Assembly (NCBI GenBank): GCA_946630315.1 | Contig: CAMOYT010000001.1 | Location: 895-64,894 of the forward strand | Origin: an uncultured Bacillota bacterium | Lineage (GTDB): Bacteria > Bacillota_I > Bacilli_A > RF39 > UBA660 | Length of the DNA stretch: 64,000 nucleotides | Reading direction: 5' to 3' | In this document: positions 1 through 9,654 of the stretch, one piece after another | Layout of the letters: each line of letters opens with the position of its first letter | How positions within the stretch are numbered: the first letter of the stretch is position 1 | The notes under the pieces: model-generated | Seen by the model: only the letters and a program-made list of their open reading frames with translations | Databases searched by the model: none | What the model was told of the DNA's origin: nothing | Made by a program: the position numbers and the translations under genes

Positions 1-372
1 GGTAAGATTATGATGTCACAAAAGAAAGGTAAAATAATAAATATTAGTAGTACAAATGCTATTGATACTTATTATCCTGAAAGTTGTGATTATGATGCTT
101 CTAAAGCAGGAGTTATTTCTTTAACTCATAATTTTGCTCGTGAGTTAGCTCCTAATATTACAGTTAATTGTATATGCCCTGGATGGGTAAAAACAGATAT
201 GAATAAAGAATTAACTGTTGAGCAAGTTAATAAAGAAAAAAGAAGGATATTACTAGAGAGATTTGCTGATGCTAAAGAGATAAGTCAAGTTGTTATGTTT
301 TTAGCAAGTTCTAAAGCTAGTTATATAAATGATTCTATTATTAGAGTAGATGGTGGAAAATACAACGATTAG
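1..372 (+). CDS. Short-chain dehydrogenase/reductase (3-oxoacyl-ACP reductase-like), C-terminal part. The gene is truncated by the window start.
   Basis: NISS...YDASKAG (S/YxxxK catalytic motif) and a C-terminal IRVDGG motif typical of FabG-like SDRs. Only ~120 aa are present, so the 5' end lies upstream of the window. Confidence 0.75.
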   Translation, partial: GKIMMSQKKGKIINISSTNAIDTYYPESCDYDASKAGVISLTHNFARELAPNITVNCICPGWVKTDMNKELTVEQVNKEKRRILLERFADAKEISQVVMFLASSKASYINDSIIRVDGGKYND

Positions 373-383
373 GGAGGAACAAA

Positions 384-1643
384 ATGTATAAAGAATTGGG
401 AATTAGTGATGAAGTAGTAGAATTAGTTAATAAGAGTGAAGAAAAATGTTTAGAAGAATTTAAAAAGATAGAGGAAGCTGAAGAGTTTAATACTTTAAAA
501 GTTTTAAAAGCTTTTAAACAAAATAGAGTAAATGAATCATGTTTTAATAGTACTACTGGATATGGTTATAATGATTATGGTAGAGAGGTAATTGAAAAAG
601 TATTTAGAGATGTACTTGGAGCTGAGGATGCTTTAGTTAGAAGTCAATTTATTTCTGGATCTCATGCTCTTACAGTATGTTTATTTGCTTTACTTAGACC
701 AAATGATTTATTGTTAAGTATTAGTGGAAAACCATATGATACTTTAGATGAAGTTATTGGTATTAAAGATAATAAATCTTCTTTAATGAGTTATGGAGTT
801 AAGTATGATCAAATTGATTTAGTTAATGATGATTTTGATTATGATAAGATAGAAGAATATTTAAAAAATAATAAAGTAAAGGTAATTGAAATACAAAGAA
901 GCAAAGGATATTCTACTAGACGTAGTATTGATTTAAGTAAAGTAGGTAAAGTTATTAAATTAATTAAAAGTATAGATAGTGATGTTATAGTAATGGTAGA
1001 TAATTGCTATTGTGAATTTGTTAGTGAAGCAGAGCCACTTAGTGTTGGAGCTGATGTTATAGTTGGTTCTTTAATTAAGAATCTAGGTGGTGGTATTGCT
1101 CCTAATGGGGCATATATAGCTGGTCGACATGATTTAGTTGATTTATGTGGAGAGAGATTAACATTACCTGGTGAAGGTAGAGAAGTTGGTCCTACACTTG
1201 GTATTAATAAAAGTATTTTACAAGGAATTTATATGGCACCTAGTGTTGTTGCTAGTGCGTTAAAGACAGCTATTTTAACTGCTAAGGTATTAGAAGATTT
1301 AGGTTATGAAGTAGAACCTAAATATAATGAGGATAGAGTAGATATAGTACAAAATATTATATTTAGAGATCCTAATAAGTTAGTGGAATTTACCAGAGGT
1401 ATTCAAATGGGTTCTGCAATAGATTCTGATGCTATTGTAGAGGCATGGGATATGCCGGGATATGATGATAAAGTTGTTATGGCAAGTGGTTCTTTTACAC
1501 AAGGTAGTTCAATTGAACTTTCATGTGATGGACCAATGAGAGAACCTTATATTGCTTATATGCAGGGAGCGCTTACATATCCTTATGGTAAATTAGGATT
1601 GATGAGCGCAGTCCAAAGAATATTAAAGAATGGAGGAGAATAG
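384..1643 (+). CDS. PLP-dependent 'aluminium resistance' family protein (Cys/Met-metabolism PLP enzyme family).
   Basis: 419 aa. I recognise the overall similarity to the ~420-aa YnbB/aluminium-resistance family of Firmicutes. RBS GGGAGGAA upstream. Confidence 0.6.
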   Translation: MYKELGISDEVVELVNKSEEKCLEEFKKIEEAEEFNTLKVLKAFKQNRVNESCFNSTTGYGYNDYGREVIEKVFRDVLGAEDALVRSQFISGSHALTVCLFALLRPNDLLLSISGKPYDTLDEVIGIKDNKSSLMSYGVKYDQIDLVNDDFDYDKIEEYLKNNKVKVIEIQRSKGYSTRRSIDLSKVGKVIKLIKSIDSDVIVMVDNCYCEFVSEAEPLSVGADVIVGSLIKNLGGGIAPNGAYIAGRHDLVDLCGERLTLPGEGREVGPTLGINKSILQGIYMAPSVVASALKTAILTAKVLEDLGYEVEPKYNEDRVDIVQNIIFRDPNKLVEFTRGIQMGSAIDSDAIVEAWDMPGYDDKVVMASGSFTQGSSIELSCDGPMREPYIAYMQGALTYPYGKLGLMSAVQRILKNGGE

Positions 1644-1646
1644 AAT

Positions 1647-2333
1647 ATGTATAATTCAGGATATTATGGAGATTATGGTGCTTATAATAGTGGAGTAGGA
1701 GCTTTATTTGGTGGAATGTTTGCTGCATTAATAATCTTTTGGATTGTTATGATGATAATTTGTATTGGATTTGCAGTAATTAAAATAATTGGTCAATGGA
1801 AAATGTTTACTAAAGCTAAAGAAGAAGGATGGAAAGCAATTATTCCAGTATATAATCAAATTACATTATGTAATATAGTAGGAATTACTCCTTGGTGGAT
1901 TTTAATTGTATTTTGTCTTTCACTATTATCAATGATTCCTTTCTTAGGAATAATATTTAGTTTAGTAGAAATGGCTGCTGCAGTTTACTTTGTTATTATA
2001 CTTAATGTTAGTGTAGCAAGAAGTTATGGTAAAAGTGATACTTTTGCAGTAGGTCTAATTTTACTTTCACCAGTTTTCTATTTTATACTTGGTATTAGTA
2101 AAACAGATGAATTTGTTGGAGCTAAACCTATGGATGATCCTGTATGGGAATGGTTAAAGAAAACATTTAATGGTGGAACTGGTGCTAGTACACCTGCAGC
2201 TAATACTACTATTGCAAGTGAGGCAAAAGTAGAAGAGGTTAAGACAGTTAAATGTTCTGAATGTGGAGCAGATGTTCCAGAAAAGACAAAATTTTGTCCA
2301 GAATGTGGAAAAGAAATGAAAGGAAAGAAGTAA
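1647..2333 (+). CDS. Polytopic membrane protein with a C-terminal zinc-ribbon (CxxC...CxxC).
   Basis: Several hydrophobic helices. C-terminus has CSECGADVPEKTKFCPECG. Confidence 0.6.
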   Translation: MYNSGYYGDYGAYNSGVGALFGGMFAALIIFWIVMMIICIGFAVIKIIGQWKMFTKAKEEGWKAIIPVYNQITLCNIVGITPWWILIVFCLSLLSMIPFLGIIFSLVEMAAAVYFVIILNVSVARSYGKSDTFAVGLILLSPVFYFILGISKTDEFVGAKPMDDPVWEWLKKTFNGGTGASTPAANTTIASEAKVEEVKTVKCSECGADVPEKTKFCPECGKEMKGKK

Positions 2334-2352
2334 TCTTTCCTTTTTTCTTATA

Positions 2353-2381
2353 AAAATGCTTGAAAAATAAGTGAACATTTG
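2353..2381 (+). promoter_or_regulatory. Sigma-A type promoter (TTGAAA-17-TATAAT, extended -10 TGTTATAAT) for tRNA-Arg.
   Basis: ttgaaaaataagtgaacatttgttataat. It is near-identical to the rpsU promoter at 18371-18399. Confidence 0.6.
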
Positions 2382-2408
2382 TTATAATTCTATTTGTCAG
2401 CAAGTTAT

Positions 2409-2485
2409 GTCTGCGTAGCTCAGCTGGATAGAGCAATCGCCTTCTAAGCGATCGGTCAGGCGTTCGAGTCGCCTCGCGGACACCA
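2409..2485 (+). tRNA. tRNA-Arg (anticodon TCT).
   Basis: Cloverleaf by eye. Acceptor GTCTGCG/CGCGGAC, D-arm GCTC..GAGC, anticodon stem ATCGC/GCGAT with loop CTTCTAA, T-arm AGGCG-TTCGAGT-CGCCT, 3' CCA encoded. Confidence 0.85.
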
Positions 2486-2490
2486 TTATG

Positions 2491-2520
2491 TAAGAAAAGA
2501 CACTTAGTGTCTTTTTTTGT
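2491..2520 (+). terminator. Rho-independent terminator after tRNA-Arg.
   Basis: aagacacttagtgtctt hairpin followed by a T-run. Confidence 0.7.
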
Positions 2521-2585
2521 GTGTAAAGTAGCTAGTAAAAATTATATTATTTAGTAATTATCATGTTATAATATGTTTAGGATAG

Positions 2586-3458
2586 GTGATTAATATGAAT
2601 GGTATTAAAAATTTACATGTATTTAAAGAAAAAATTGTTCCAATAGCACTTGCTGCTACTCTTTCATTATCTTTATCAGCTTGTGGTGGTAAAGTAGAGA
2701 TGCAATCTGTTGATATGGGTGATTTAATGGCTATAGAAGAAGTTCAAGGAGCAACTATCATTGATGATATGATTGCTAGAGGTGAATTACAATATGATGA
2801 GGATTTAAATATTATACAAGCCGCTGATCAATTAGATAGATATATGAGAATAGTTGAGATGACAGATGGTATTGATTTTACTGGAGTAGATTCATTAGAA
2901 CCATTAAGTGATGAAGCATATCAACAAACTCTTAATATGAGTAAAGAAGAAATAGAAGCATTAATTGAACTTTCTAAATATAAAGGTGATGATGTAGTTG
3001 CACTTGAAGCTAAATTGACTGCTTTAAAAAAATTAAACTATTTACATAATTATTGTAGAGATTGGGTTTATAGTAATGGTGATAATATTTGTACAAGAAT
3101 TATGATTGTTGCGGTTAAAGGTAGTGTTGCCGATGAATTTGATAGAACTGATTTTGCTGGTATTACAATTCCTGAAAGACATAATTTTGGAGGAGAGCCT
3201 GATTCTTATTCAGTTAAAGTTGATGGTGAGGTATACATAGTACCAACAGGTGAAGGAGAAATTTGGAATACAATCAATTATATTTATGAATTACAAAGTG
3301 CAGATTTAAGTGATGGTGATCAAGAAAATAGATTTGCTACTTACGATAAAGCTATTAATTATGCTAAAACAACAATTGCTGCTGGAAGTAATGTTAAGAA
3401 CAATAAATTAGTAGCTCAATATGATGCTGATTATATAGAAGGAAATTTTGTTAGATAA
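2586..3458 (+). CDS. Lipoprotein of unknown function.
   Basis: Signal peptide with lipobox LSAC. 290 aa with an acidic mature region. Confidence 0.6.
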   Translation: MINMNGIKNLHVFKEKIVPIALAATLSLSLSACGGKVEMQSVDMGDLMAIEEVQGATIIDDMIARGELQYDEDLNIIQAADQLDRYMRIVEMTDGIDFTGVDSLEPLSDEAYQQTLNMSKEEIEALIELSKYKGDDVVALEAKLTALKKLNYLHNYCRDWVYSNGDNICTRIMIVAVKGSVADEFDRTDFAGITIPERHNFGGEPDSYSVKVDGEVYIVPTGEGEIWNTINYIYELQSADLSDGDQENRFATYDKAINYAKTTIAAGSNVKNNKLVAQYDADYIEGNFVR

Positions 3459-3527
3459 TTTCCTTTTTTTTGTGATTATTTTTAAATTATTGCGAATAAT
3501 ATAATAGGAAGTGATAAGAATAGTTAC

Positions 3528-5585
3528 ATGAAAGTTGTTTTGCAAGATGGAATTAAAGACTGTGGTATTTGTTCTTTACTAAGTATTATTCGATTTTATG
3601 GGGGAGATGTATCGAAGGAGTATTTAAGAGAAATTACTAATACTACAAAAGATGGAGTTTCTTTTTATCAATTAATAGAAGCTAGTAAATTGCTTGGATT
3701 GGATGCTATCGGCATGAATGGAGATATAACGAAAATACAAGAAAATAACTTACCTTGCATAGCACATATTATTGTAAACAAAAATTATAAGCATTTTGTA
3801 GTTATATATAAAATAGATAATAAGAAAAAGTTAGTTACACTTATGGATCCTGCTAAAGGTAAAAAAGTTATTTCTTTTAGTGAATTTAATTTACTTAGTA
3901 GTGGTAATTTTATTTTCTTTACAAAAGTTAAAAATTTACCAATACTAAAAAAAAGAAATATTATTTTTAAACAAGTTAATAAGTTTATAAAAAAATATAG
4001 ATTAATATTGTCATTACTCATACTTCTAATTATTAATTATTTCGTTTTGAATATCATCATATCTTTTTACTTTAAATATATCTTAACTTTCTCTATCAAT
4101 TATAATATTACGGATAATATTTATTTTATAAGTAGTATTATACTTGTTTTATATATATTAAGTAGTGTAATTAATTTAATTAAAAATAAAATAACTAATA
4201 AGTTATTTTTAATATTTGATTCTATCTTAACAACTAATACTTTCAAACAAATCTTATTACTTCCATATCTATTTTATAAAAATAGAACAAGTGGAGAAGT
4301 ACTTGCTAGAATAAGAGATTTAAATATAGTAAAGAATTATTTAATAAAAGTATTTTTATCAATATTTGATTTTATAAGCATTATTATTTTTTCTATATTA
4401 ATTTTCTCAATAAATAAGTATTTTGCTGTTATTATTATATTCTTTTCTATTGTATTGTTGATAATAATGTTTTTATTTAATAAGAGAAAAACTATTCTTA
4501 TTAAAAGAATAAAATCAGTAGAAGATTTAGTTAATAGTCACTTGATAGAAGCCGTAACATCAGTTGAGACTATTAAGGGAAGTCATCTAGAGAAAAGATA
4601 TATAGATACTTTTTTGTTAAAATATAACTCTTTATTAGATAGACAATTAAAGTATATTAATTTAGTAGAAATAATGGATTTTATTAAGACTAATGTTCAT
4701 TCTATATTAATAGTAGCTTTATATAGTATAGGAGGTATTTATATTATTAAAGGTACAATGAATATTAGTAGTATTATAATTCTTCAATCTTTTTTACAGT
4801 ATTATTATGACTCCTTTCAAAATATTATTAGTATCATTAATGATTATTCCGAATATAAAATAGTAAAAGAGAGAGTAGAAGAATTGTTTTTAATAAAAGA
4901 AGAGTCTTTTGTTGGTAACTATTTTTATTTGTCATATAAATTATTAGGTAATATTGAGATTAGTAATTTAAATTATAAGATTAGTAGTAAGAATATTTTT
5001 TCTAATCTGAATATAAATATAAAGTATGGTGAACATCTATTGATTAGTGGAGAGAGTGGATGTGGTAAATCTACTTTGATGAAGATGATTATGAGATATA
5101 TTGAAGTACCATATGGAATTATTAAAATTGATGGGATAGATATTAATCATTATCATTTAGAAAATATTAGAAAAAATATTACTTATGTTACTAGCTCTGA
5201 GTATTTATTTACTGATACTATTAGAAATAATATTATTTTAAATAATAATATTTTAGAAGAAGAATTTTTAAAAATATGTAAGATTTGTATGGTAGATGAA
5301 ATATGTAGTTCATATGAAGATTTAATTGAAGAGAATGGCTTTAATTTTAGTAGTGGAGAGAGACAAAGAATTATTTTAGCAAGATCTCTTGTTCGTAATA
5401 GTAATATTTATATATTTGATGAAGCACTTGGTCAAATAGATATTACTAAAGAAAAGAAGATATTAACTAGTATTTTTGATTATCTAAAAGGAAAGACTAT
5501 TATTGTTATTAGTCATAGATTTAATAATAAGAAATTATTTGATCGAGTAGTCAAACTAAGTGAGGGTAGAATAATTGATACTTAA
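3528..5585 (+). CDS. Bacteriocin-processing/export ABC transporter with an N-terminal C39 peptidase domain (ComA/LagD-like).
   Basis: N-terminal QDGIKDCGICSL (C39 catalytic Cys). ~6 TM helices. Walker A GESGCGKST, signature FSSGERQR, Walker B IYIFDEA, H-loop ISHR. Extremely Ile/Asn/Lys-rich and lower GC than neighbours. Confidence 0.85.
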   Translation: MKVVLQDGIKDCGICSLLSIIRFYGGDVSKEYLREITNTTKDGVSFYQLIEASKLLGLDAIGMNGDITKIQENNLPCIAHIIVNKNYKHFVVIYKIDNKKKLVTLMDPAKGKKVISFSEFNLLSSGNFIFFTKVKNLPILKKRNIIFKQVNKFIKKYRLILSLLILLIINYFVLNIIISFYFKYILTFSINYNITDNIYFISSIILVLYILSSVINLIKNKITNKLFLIFDSILTTNTFKQILLLPYLFYKNRTSGEVLARIRDLNIVKNYLIKVFLSIFDFISIIIFSILIFSINKYFAVIIIFFSIVLLIIMFLFNKRKTILIKRIKSVEDLVNSHLIEAVTSVETIKGSHLEKRYIDTFLLKYNSLLDRQLKYINLVEIMDFIKTNVHSILIVALYSIGGIYIIKGTMNISSIIILQSFLQYYYDSFQNIISIINDYSEYKIVKERVEELFLIKEESFVGNYFYLSYKLLGNIEISNLNYKISSKNIFSNLNINIKYGEHLLISGESGCGKSTLMKMIMRYIEVPYGIIKIDGIDINHYHLENIRKNITYVTSSEYLFTDTIRNNIILNNNILEEEFLKICKICMVDEICSSYEDLIEENGFNFSSGERQRIILARSLVRNSNIYIFDEALGQIDITKEKKILTSIFDYLKGKTIIVISHRFNNKKLFDRVVKLSEGRIIDT

Positions 5586-5982
5586 GAACTTCGAAAAATT
5601 AAAAGTAGTTATATTTTTTAGTATTTTATTAATACTTTTTGAGATATTTTTATATTGTTTCTTTTTATCTATTAAGATTAATACTTATCATAAGTATTCA
5701 GGAATTATATTTAGTAATAAGTTAGTATATTTAATGGTTAATGATAAGGAGCTGAATGATATTTATAAGAATAAAGCATTTATTTATGATAAGAATAAAT
5801 ATAAATTAGATATTGATCATATTAATAGAAATGTCTTAAAAAGAGATGGTAAGAATATTAATCAAGTATTTATTAAATATAAGAGTGTTAATAGAGATAA
5901 TGAGGTTATAGATATTATCCTTTATAATAAAAAAATAAATGTAATAGAAATGTTTAAAATTATTTGGAAGGAGGATGTATGA
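5575..5982 (+). CDS. Small membrane-anchored accessory protein of the bacteriocin locus (truncated HlyD-like accessory or immunity protein).
   Basis: N-terminal TM helix followed by a beta-rich soluble region. Overlaps the ABC gene end and the prepeptide start. No family motif recognised. Confidence 0.4.
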   Translation: MILKNFEKLKVVIFFSILLILFEIFLYCFFLSIKINTYHKYSGIIFSNKLVYLMVNDKELNDIYKNKAFIYDKNKYKLDIDHINRNVLKRDGKNINQVFIKYKSVNRDNEVIDIILYNKKINVIEMFKIIWKEDV

Positions 5983-6131
5983 GCGAAATTTCAAATGACA
6001 AGTTAGATAAAATTAATGGAGGCATGACAACAACAGCTGCTGTATTAATTGGAGTAGCAGTAACAGCAGTTATAGTTTTTGTATCAGGTCTTATTGAAGG
6101 AATCACCAATCCTTTGAGGTGTAATGGATGA
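5979..6131 (+). CDS. Double-glycine-leader bacteriocin prepeptide 1 (50 aa; mature 35 aa). Not in the ORF track.
   Basis: MSEISNDKLDKINGG|MTTTAAVLIGVAVTAVIVFVSGLIEGITNPLRCNG. Leader fits the LS..EL..I.GG consensus. Mature peptide is hydrophobic with a GxxxG motif. RBS GGAAGGAGG upstream; start overlaps the stop of the upstream gene. Confidence 0.8.
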   Translation: MSEISNDKLDKINGGMTTTAAVLIGVAVTAVIVFVSGLIEGITNPLRCNG

Positions 6132-6301
6132 AGCAAATTGATAAAAATGTGTTAGATAATATTTATGGAGGTACTAATACTATTTCTTCAACAGTTATTA
6201 ATGCAATTACTAATTTAATAAAATTACTTAAGGATGCTGGATACTCACTAGGTAGTGGAATGCGAAGAATTGGAGAAGATAAGATGTGTCCATTGGAATA
6301 A
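6128..6301 (+). CDS. Double-glycine-leader bacteriocin prepeptide 2 (57 aa; mature 42 aa). Not in the ORF track.
   Basis: MKQIDKNVLDNIYGG|TNTISSTVINAITNLIKLLKDAGYSLGSGMRRIGEDKMCPLE. ATGA start/stop overlap with peptide 1. GxxxG motifs. Single Cys. Confidence 0.75.
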   Translation: MKQIDKNVLDNIYGGTNTISSTVINAITNLIKLLKDAGYSLGSGMRRIGEDKMCPLE

Positions 6302-6404
6302 AAAAAGCAATTTTTATAATTATTTCTATTCCTCTTTTTTATCTATTGTTAAATTTACTATTTGCTTTTGGATTTTATATTGGAAAAATACTAGGTTGTA
6401 TGTA

Positions 6405-6433
6405 AAGAGCTTTAATAGCTCTTTATTTTTTTA
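6405..6433 (+). terminator. Rho-independent terminator closing the bacteriocin operon.
   Basis: 7-bp stem AAGAGCT/AGCTCTT with loop TTAAT, followed by a U-run. Confidence 0.7.
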
Positions 6434-6625
6434 TGTTTAAAAACAAAGGAAAAAGCACTATATAAAAATTAATTATATTTTCTATAATTTTATTTTATTA
6501 TAAGTTTTTTTTAAGTTATTATTTTTAAAAATTTTAATAAAAAATAATTATAAATTTTATAAAAAATAGGTATTTGTTTTTTGAAATAAAAGGTATTTAT
6601 ACTTGAATTAAGAGGAGGAGATTAG

Positions 6626-7111
6626 ATGAAAAAGTTTGCGAATACTTTAGAAGTTTTTCAAAAAGCAATGCAAGGAAGAGACTTTAGTTATGATATTTAT
6701 TTTCGTATTGCAGTAATTAGAGAATACTTAAATGGAAATGAAAAAATATGGAATTTATATCAAGAGATGCAAGAAAAGAGATGTGGAGAAATAAAAGAAA
6801 TTCCAGAAGAGATGGTAAATCATATTGATGCTTTTAAAGAGTTAATTGATGACTTTAAGGATAATGGTTATGATCCAATATATCCAATACTTGTTAATAA
6901 AGATGGTTATATCATTGATGGAGCACATCGAATGGCATGCAGTTTATTCTTTAATGTGGAGGAAGTAGTTATTATGACTAATAATCAATATTATGTTTTT
7001 TATCCAGCTGAGTATACAAAAGAATGGTTTATCAAAAATGGTTTGGAAGAATGTATAAAATTTGCTGAAAGGGAAAAAGAATTGTTAGAAAAAAGATATG
7101 TTCAAGAATAA
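6626..7111 (+). CDS. Hypothetical protein, first gene of the nonulosonic-acid cluster.
   Basis: 161 aa, good RBS AGAGGAGGAG. No recognisable motif. Confidence 0.5.
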   Translation: MKKFANTLEVFQKAMQGRDFSYDIYFRIAVIREYLNGNEKIWNLYQEMQEKRCGEIKEIPEEMVNHIDAFKELIDDFKDNGYDPIYPILVNKDGYIIDGAHRMACSLFFNVEEVVIMTNNQYYVFYPAEYTKEWFIKNGLEECIKFAEREKELLEKRYVQE

Positions 7112-7772
7112 AAAGATACTTGCTTTTATTCCAGCTAGAGCAGGGAGTAAGAGAGTAGTAAATAAGAATAAAAGATTATTCAGGGGTAAACCATTATTTA
7201 CTTATAGTGTTGATGTTGCGATGAAGTCAAAATACATTGATAAAGTTTTAGTTAGTAGTGATTCTTTAGAAATACTAGAGTTAGCTTATCAGATGGGTTG
7301 TATTAAAAATAGTTTGAGACCGGAATATCTATCAGGGGATAAGGCCAGAATAATTGATGCAATGCTTTATGAAGTTGAACATAATAATTTAGAATTTGAT
7401 GCAATTGTTTTGTTACAACCAACATCTCCTTTTAGAACAGTAGATATGCTTGATAAAGCAATTGAAAAATATTTTGAGACAGAAACATCTTTAATAACTG
7501 TTTTAAAAGCAAAAGAACAACCTTTATTTATGAGAACAATAGAAGATGGAAAACTTACTAAAGTAATTAATTCTTCTAGTGATGTACGTAGTCAAGATTT
7601 TAGAGATGTCTATAAAATTATTGGATCTATTTATATAAATAATTTGAAATTAATAGATAAAAATACTGTGTTAAATGAAAATGAAATTCCTTTTGTTATA
7701 GATGATAAGTTTGATGTTGATATTGATACTATTGAAGACTTTGTCAAAGCAGAAAAGGAGATTTGTATATGA
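7098..7772 (+). CDS. neuA: Acylneuraminate (nonulosonate) cytidylyltransferase, CMP-NeuAc synthetase family (NeuA/LegF/PseF-like).
   Basis: N-terminal ILAFIPARAGSKRVVNKN and LLQPTSPFR motifs typical of the CMP-sugar synthetase family. ~224 aa. Confidence 0.8.
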   Translation: MFKNKKILAFIPARAGSKRVVNKNKRLFRGKPLFTYSVDVAMKSKYIDKVLVSSDSLEILELAYQMGCIKNSLRPEYLSGDKARIIDAMLYEVEHNNLEFDAIVLLQPTSPFRTVDMLDKAIEKYFETETSLITVLKAKEQPLFMRTIEDGKLTKVINSSSDVRSQDFRDVYKIIGSIYINNLKLIDKNTVLNENEIPFVIDDKFDVDIDTIEDFVKAEKEICI

Positions 7773-8614
7773 AAGTTTATATGTTTCATTATGTAAAAGA
7801 TAAGTCTAATTACTTTCATTTCGATGCTAAATTATTTGAGGATAAGATAAAAGAATTATTAAAAAAATATAAAATTATATCTTTGAAAGATATGAAGAGT
7901 AATAATGATTTAAATAATTCTATAATGCTTACTTTTGATGATGGAACAATTGATCATTATGAGATAGTTTATCCAATATTAAAGAAATTAAATGTATCAG
8001 GATTATTTTTTATACCTAGTTGTATTAAAAGTAAAAAGATGTTGGATATTCAAATTATTCATAAATTATTAGAAGTTGAAAATAGTGAAATTTTACTTAA
8101 AAAAATATGTAGAAAACTAGATGGTTTTGGAATAGATATTAATAATTATAAAGTAGATAAGTCACTTGACTCTAATAGTATGGCATTAGTAAAACAATTA
8201 TTACAATTTAAACTAGATAAAGATATTAGAGAAAAGATATTAAATGATTTGGCTAATTCATATCATATTAATTTAAATGTAGAAGATAGTTATATAAGTA
8301 TTAAGCATTTAAAAGAAATGAAAGATAATAATATGTTTTTTGGTATTCATACTAAGACTCATCCTAGATTAGGTTTATTAGATAAAGATGAACAAAGAGA
8401 AGAAATATCTTCTAATTTAAATTTTTTAAAAAGTATTGGGATTGTTGATGAAGACTTAATTAGTATTGCTTTTCCATATGGTTCTTATAATGATGAAACG
8501 ATTGAGTTAATGAAGGAATTAAATATTAAATATGGATTTAAAGTTAATGAAGATAAAGATAATTACAATTTAATAAGTAGGATTGATTGTAATTGTTTGA
8601 AGGAGGAGATTTAA
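7763..8614 (+). CDS. Polysaccharide deacetylase (NodB-homology) family protein.
   Basis: [30 protein letters not shown] (NodB motifs 1-2). Confidence 0.65.
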   Translation: MYMKVYMFHYVKDKSNYFHFDAKLFEDKIKELLKKYKIISLKDMKSNNDLNNSIMLTFDDGTIDHYEIVYPILKKLNVSGLFFIPSCIKSKKMLDIQIIHKLLEVENSEILLKKICRKLDGFGIDINNYKVDKSLDSNSMALVKQLLQFKLDKDIREKILNDLANSYHINLNVEDSYISIKHLKEMKDNNMFFGIHTKTHPRLGLLDKDEQREEISSNLNFLKSIGIVDEDLISIAFPYGSYNDETIELMKELNIKYGFKVNEDKDNYNLISRIDCNCLKEEI

Positions 8615-9654
8615 TGAGTAATTATATTCAAATAGGAGATAGAAAAATAGGTGAGGATTATCCACCTTTGGTAATAGCAGAAATTGGTATTAATCATAAT
8701 GGTAGTTTGGAAGTTGCTAAAAAAATGGTATTAGCTGCCAAAGAAGCTGGTTGTGAAATTATTAAACATCAAACTCATGTTGTTGATGATGAGATGAGTC
8801 ATTTGGCTAAAGAAGTAATACCAGGTAATGCTGATATTTCAATATATGAGATTATGAAGAGTTGTGCTTTGTCAGAAGAAGATGAATATGAATTAATGAA
8901 GTATGTAGAATCACTTGGAATGATATTTTTAAGTACTCCTTTTTCTAGAGCAGCAGCAGATAGGTTGGAAAAGTTTGGAGTAAAAGCTTATAAGATTGGT
9001 TCTGGTGAATGTAATAATTATCCATTAATTGAACATATTGCTAAGTTTGGTAAGCCAATGATTATATCAACTGGGATGAATAATATTGAGAGTGTAAAAA
9101 GAACAGTAGAAATTGTTGAAAAATATAATGTACCTTATGCATTACTTCATACAACTAATTTATATCCAACTAAACCTAGTCAAGTAAGATTGGGAGCAAT
9201 GTCAGAGTTAAAAGATAATTTTCCAAATGCCGTAATTGGTCTATCTGATCATACATTAAATAATAATGCTTGTTTAGCAGCAGTTGGACTTGGAGCTTCT
9301 ATTTTAGAAAGACATTTTACAGATAAGAAAAGTAGAAGTGGGCCGGATATAGTTTGTTCTATGAATAAAAATGATTTAAGAGAACTAATTAAAGATTCTA
9401 GAGAAGTATTTGAAATGCGTGGAGGAGTAAAAGAAGCCTTAGAAGAGGAACAAGTAACAATAGATTTTGCTTATGCTACTGTTTTAACAATTAAAGATGT
9501 AAAAAAAGGTGAAGTATTTAGTATGGATAATATTTGGGTTAAAAGACCTGGTGTTGGGAAAATACTTGCTAAAGACTTTGATGATATTTTAGGAAAAGTT
9601 GCTAAATGTGATATTTCAAATGATACGCATTTGTCGTGGGAGATGATTGAATGA
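8615..9654 (+). CDS. neuB: N-acetylneuraminate (nonulosonate) synthase, NeuB/LegI/PseI family. Start set at ATG 8615 after RBS GGAGGAG; the track ORF begins at 8593.
   Basis: [22 protein letters not shown]...HQTH signature. C-terminal SAF/antifreeze-like domain. ~346 aa. Confidence 0.85.

Noticed and set aside
2154-2436. Two antisense ORFs (74 and 62 aa) overlapping the 3' end of the zinc-ribbon membrane protein gene and the tRNA-Arg promoter region.
   Set aside because: No RBS and low-complexity Phe/Ser/Leu-rich products. They are mirror images of AT-rich coding sequence and overlap a tRNA promoter. Judged spurious.
3785-4021. 78-aa antisense ORF inside the ABC transporter gene. Also similar antisense ORFs at 7631-7819, 13859-14191, 27058-27309, 30434-30775, 34441-34680, 38172-38372, 40713-40997, 46903-47106, 48330-48563, 52616-52828 and 57425-57700, and the same-strand overlapping ORFs at 40784-40981 and 49736-49945.
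   Set aside because: All lie within strongly supported genes, lack RBSs, and have compositions typical of frame-shifted AT-rich coding DNA.
6255-6440. 61-aa + strand ORF overlapping the 3' end of bacteriocin peptide 2 and the operon terminator.
   Set aside because: It is out of frame with the well-supported GG-leader peptide and has no RBS. Its product runs through the terminator hairpin. Judged spurious.
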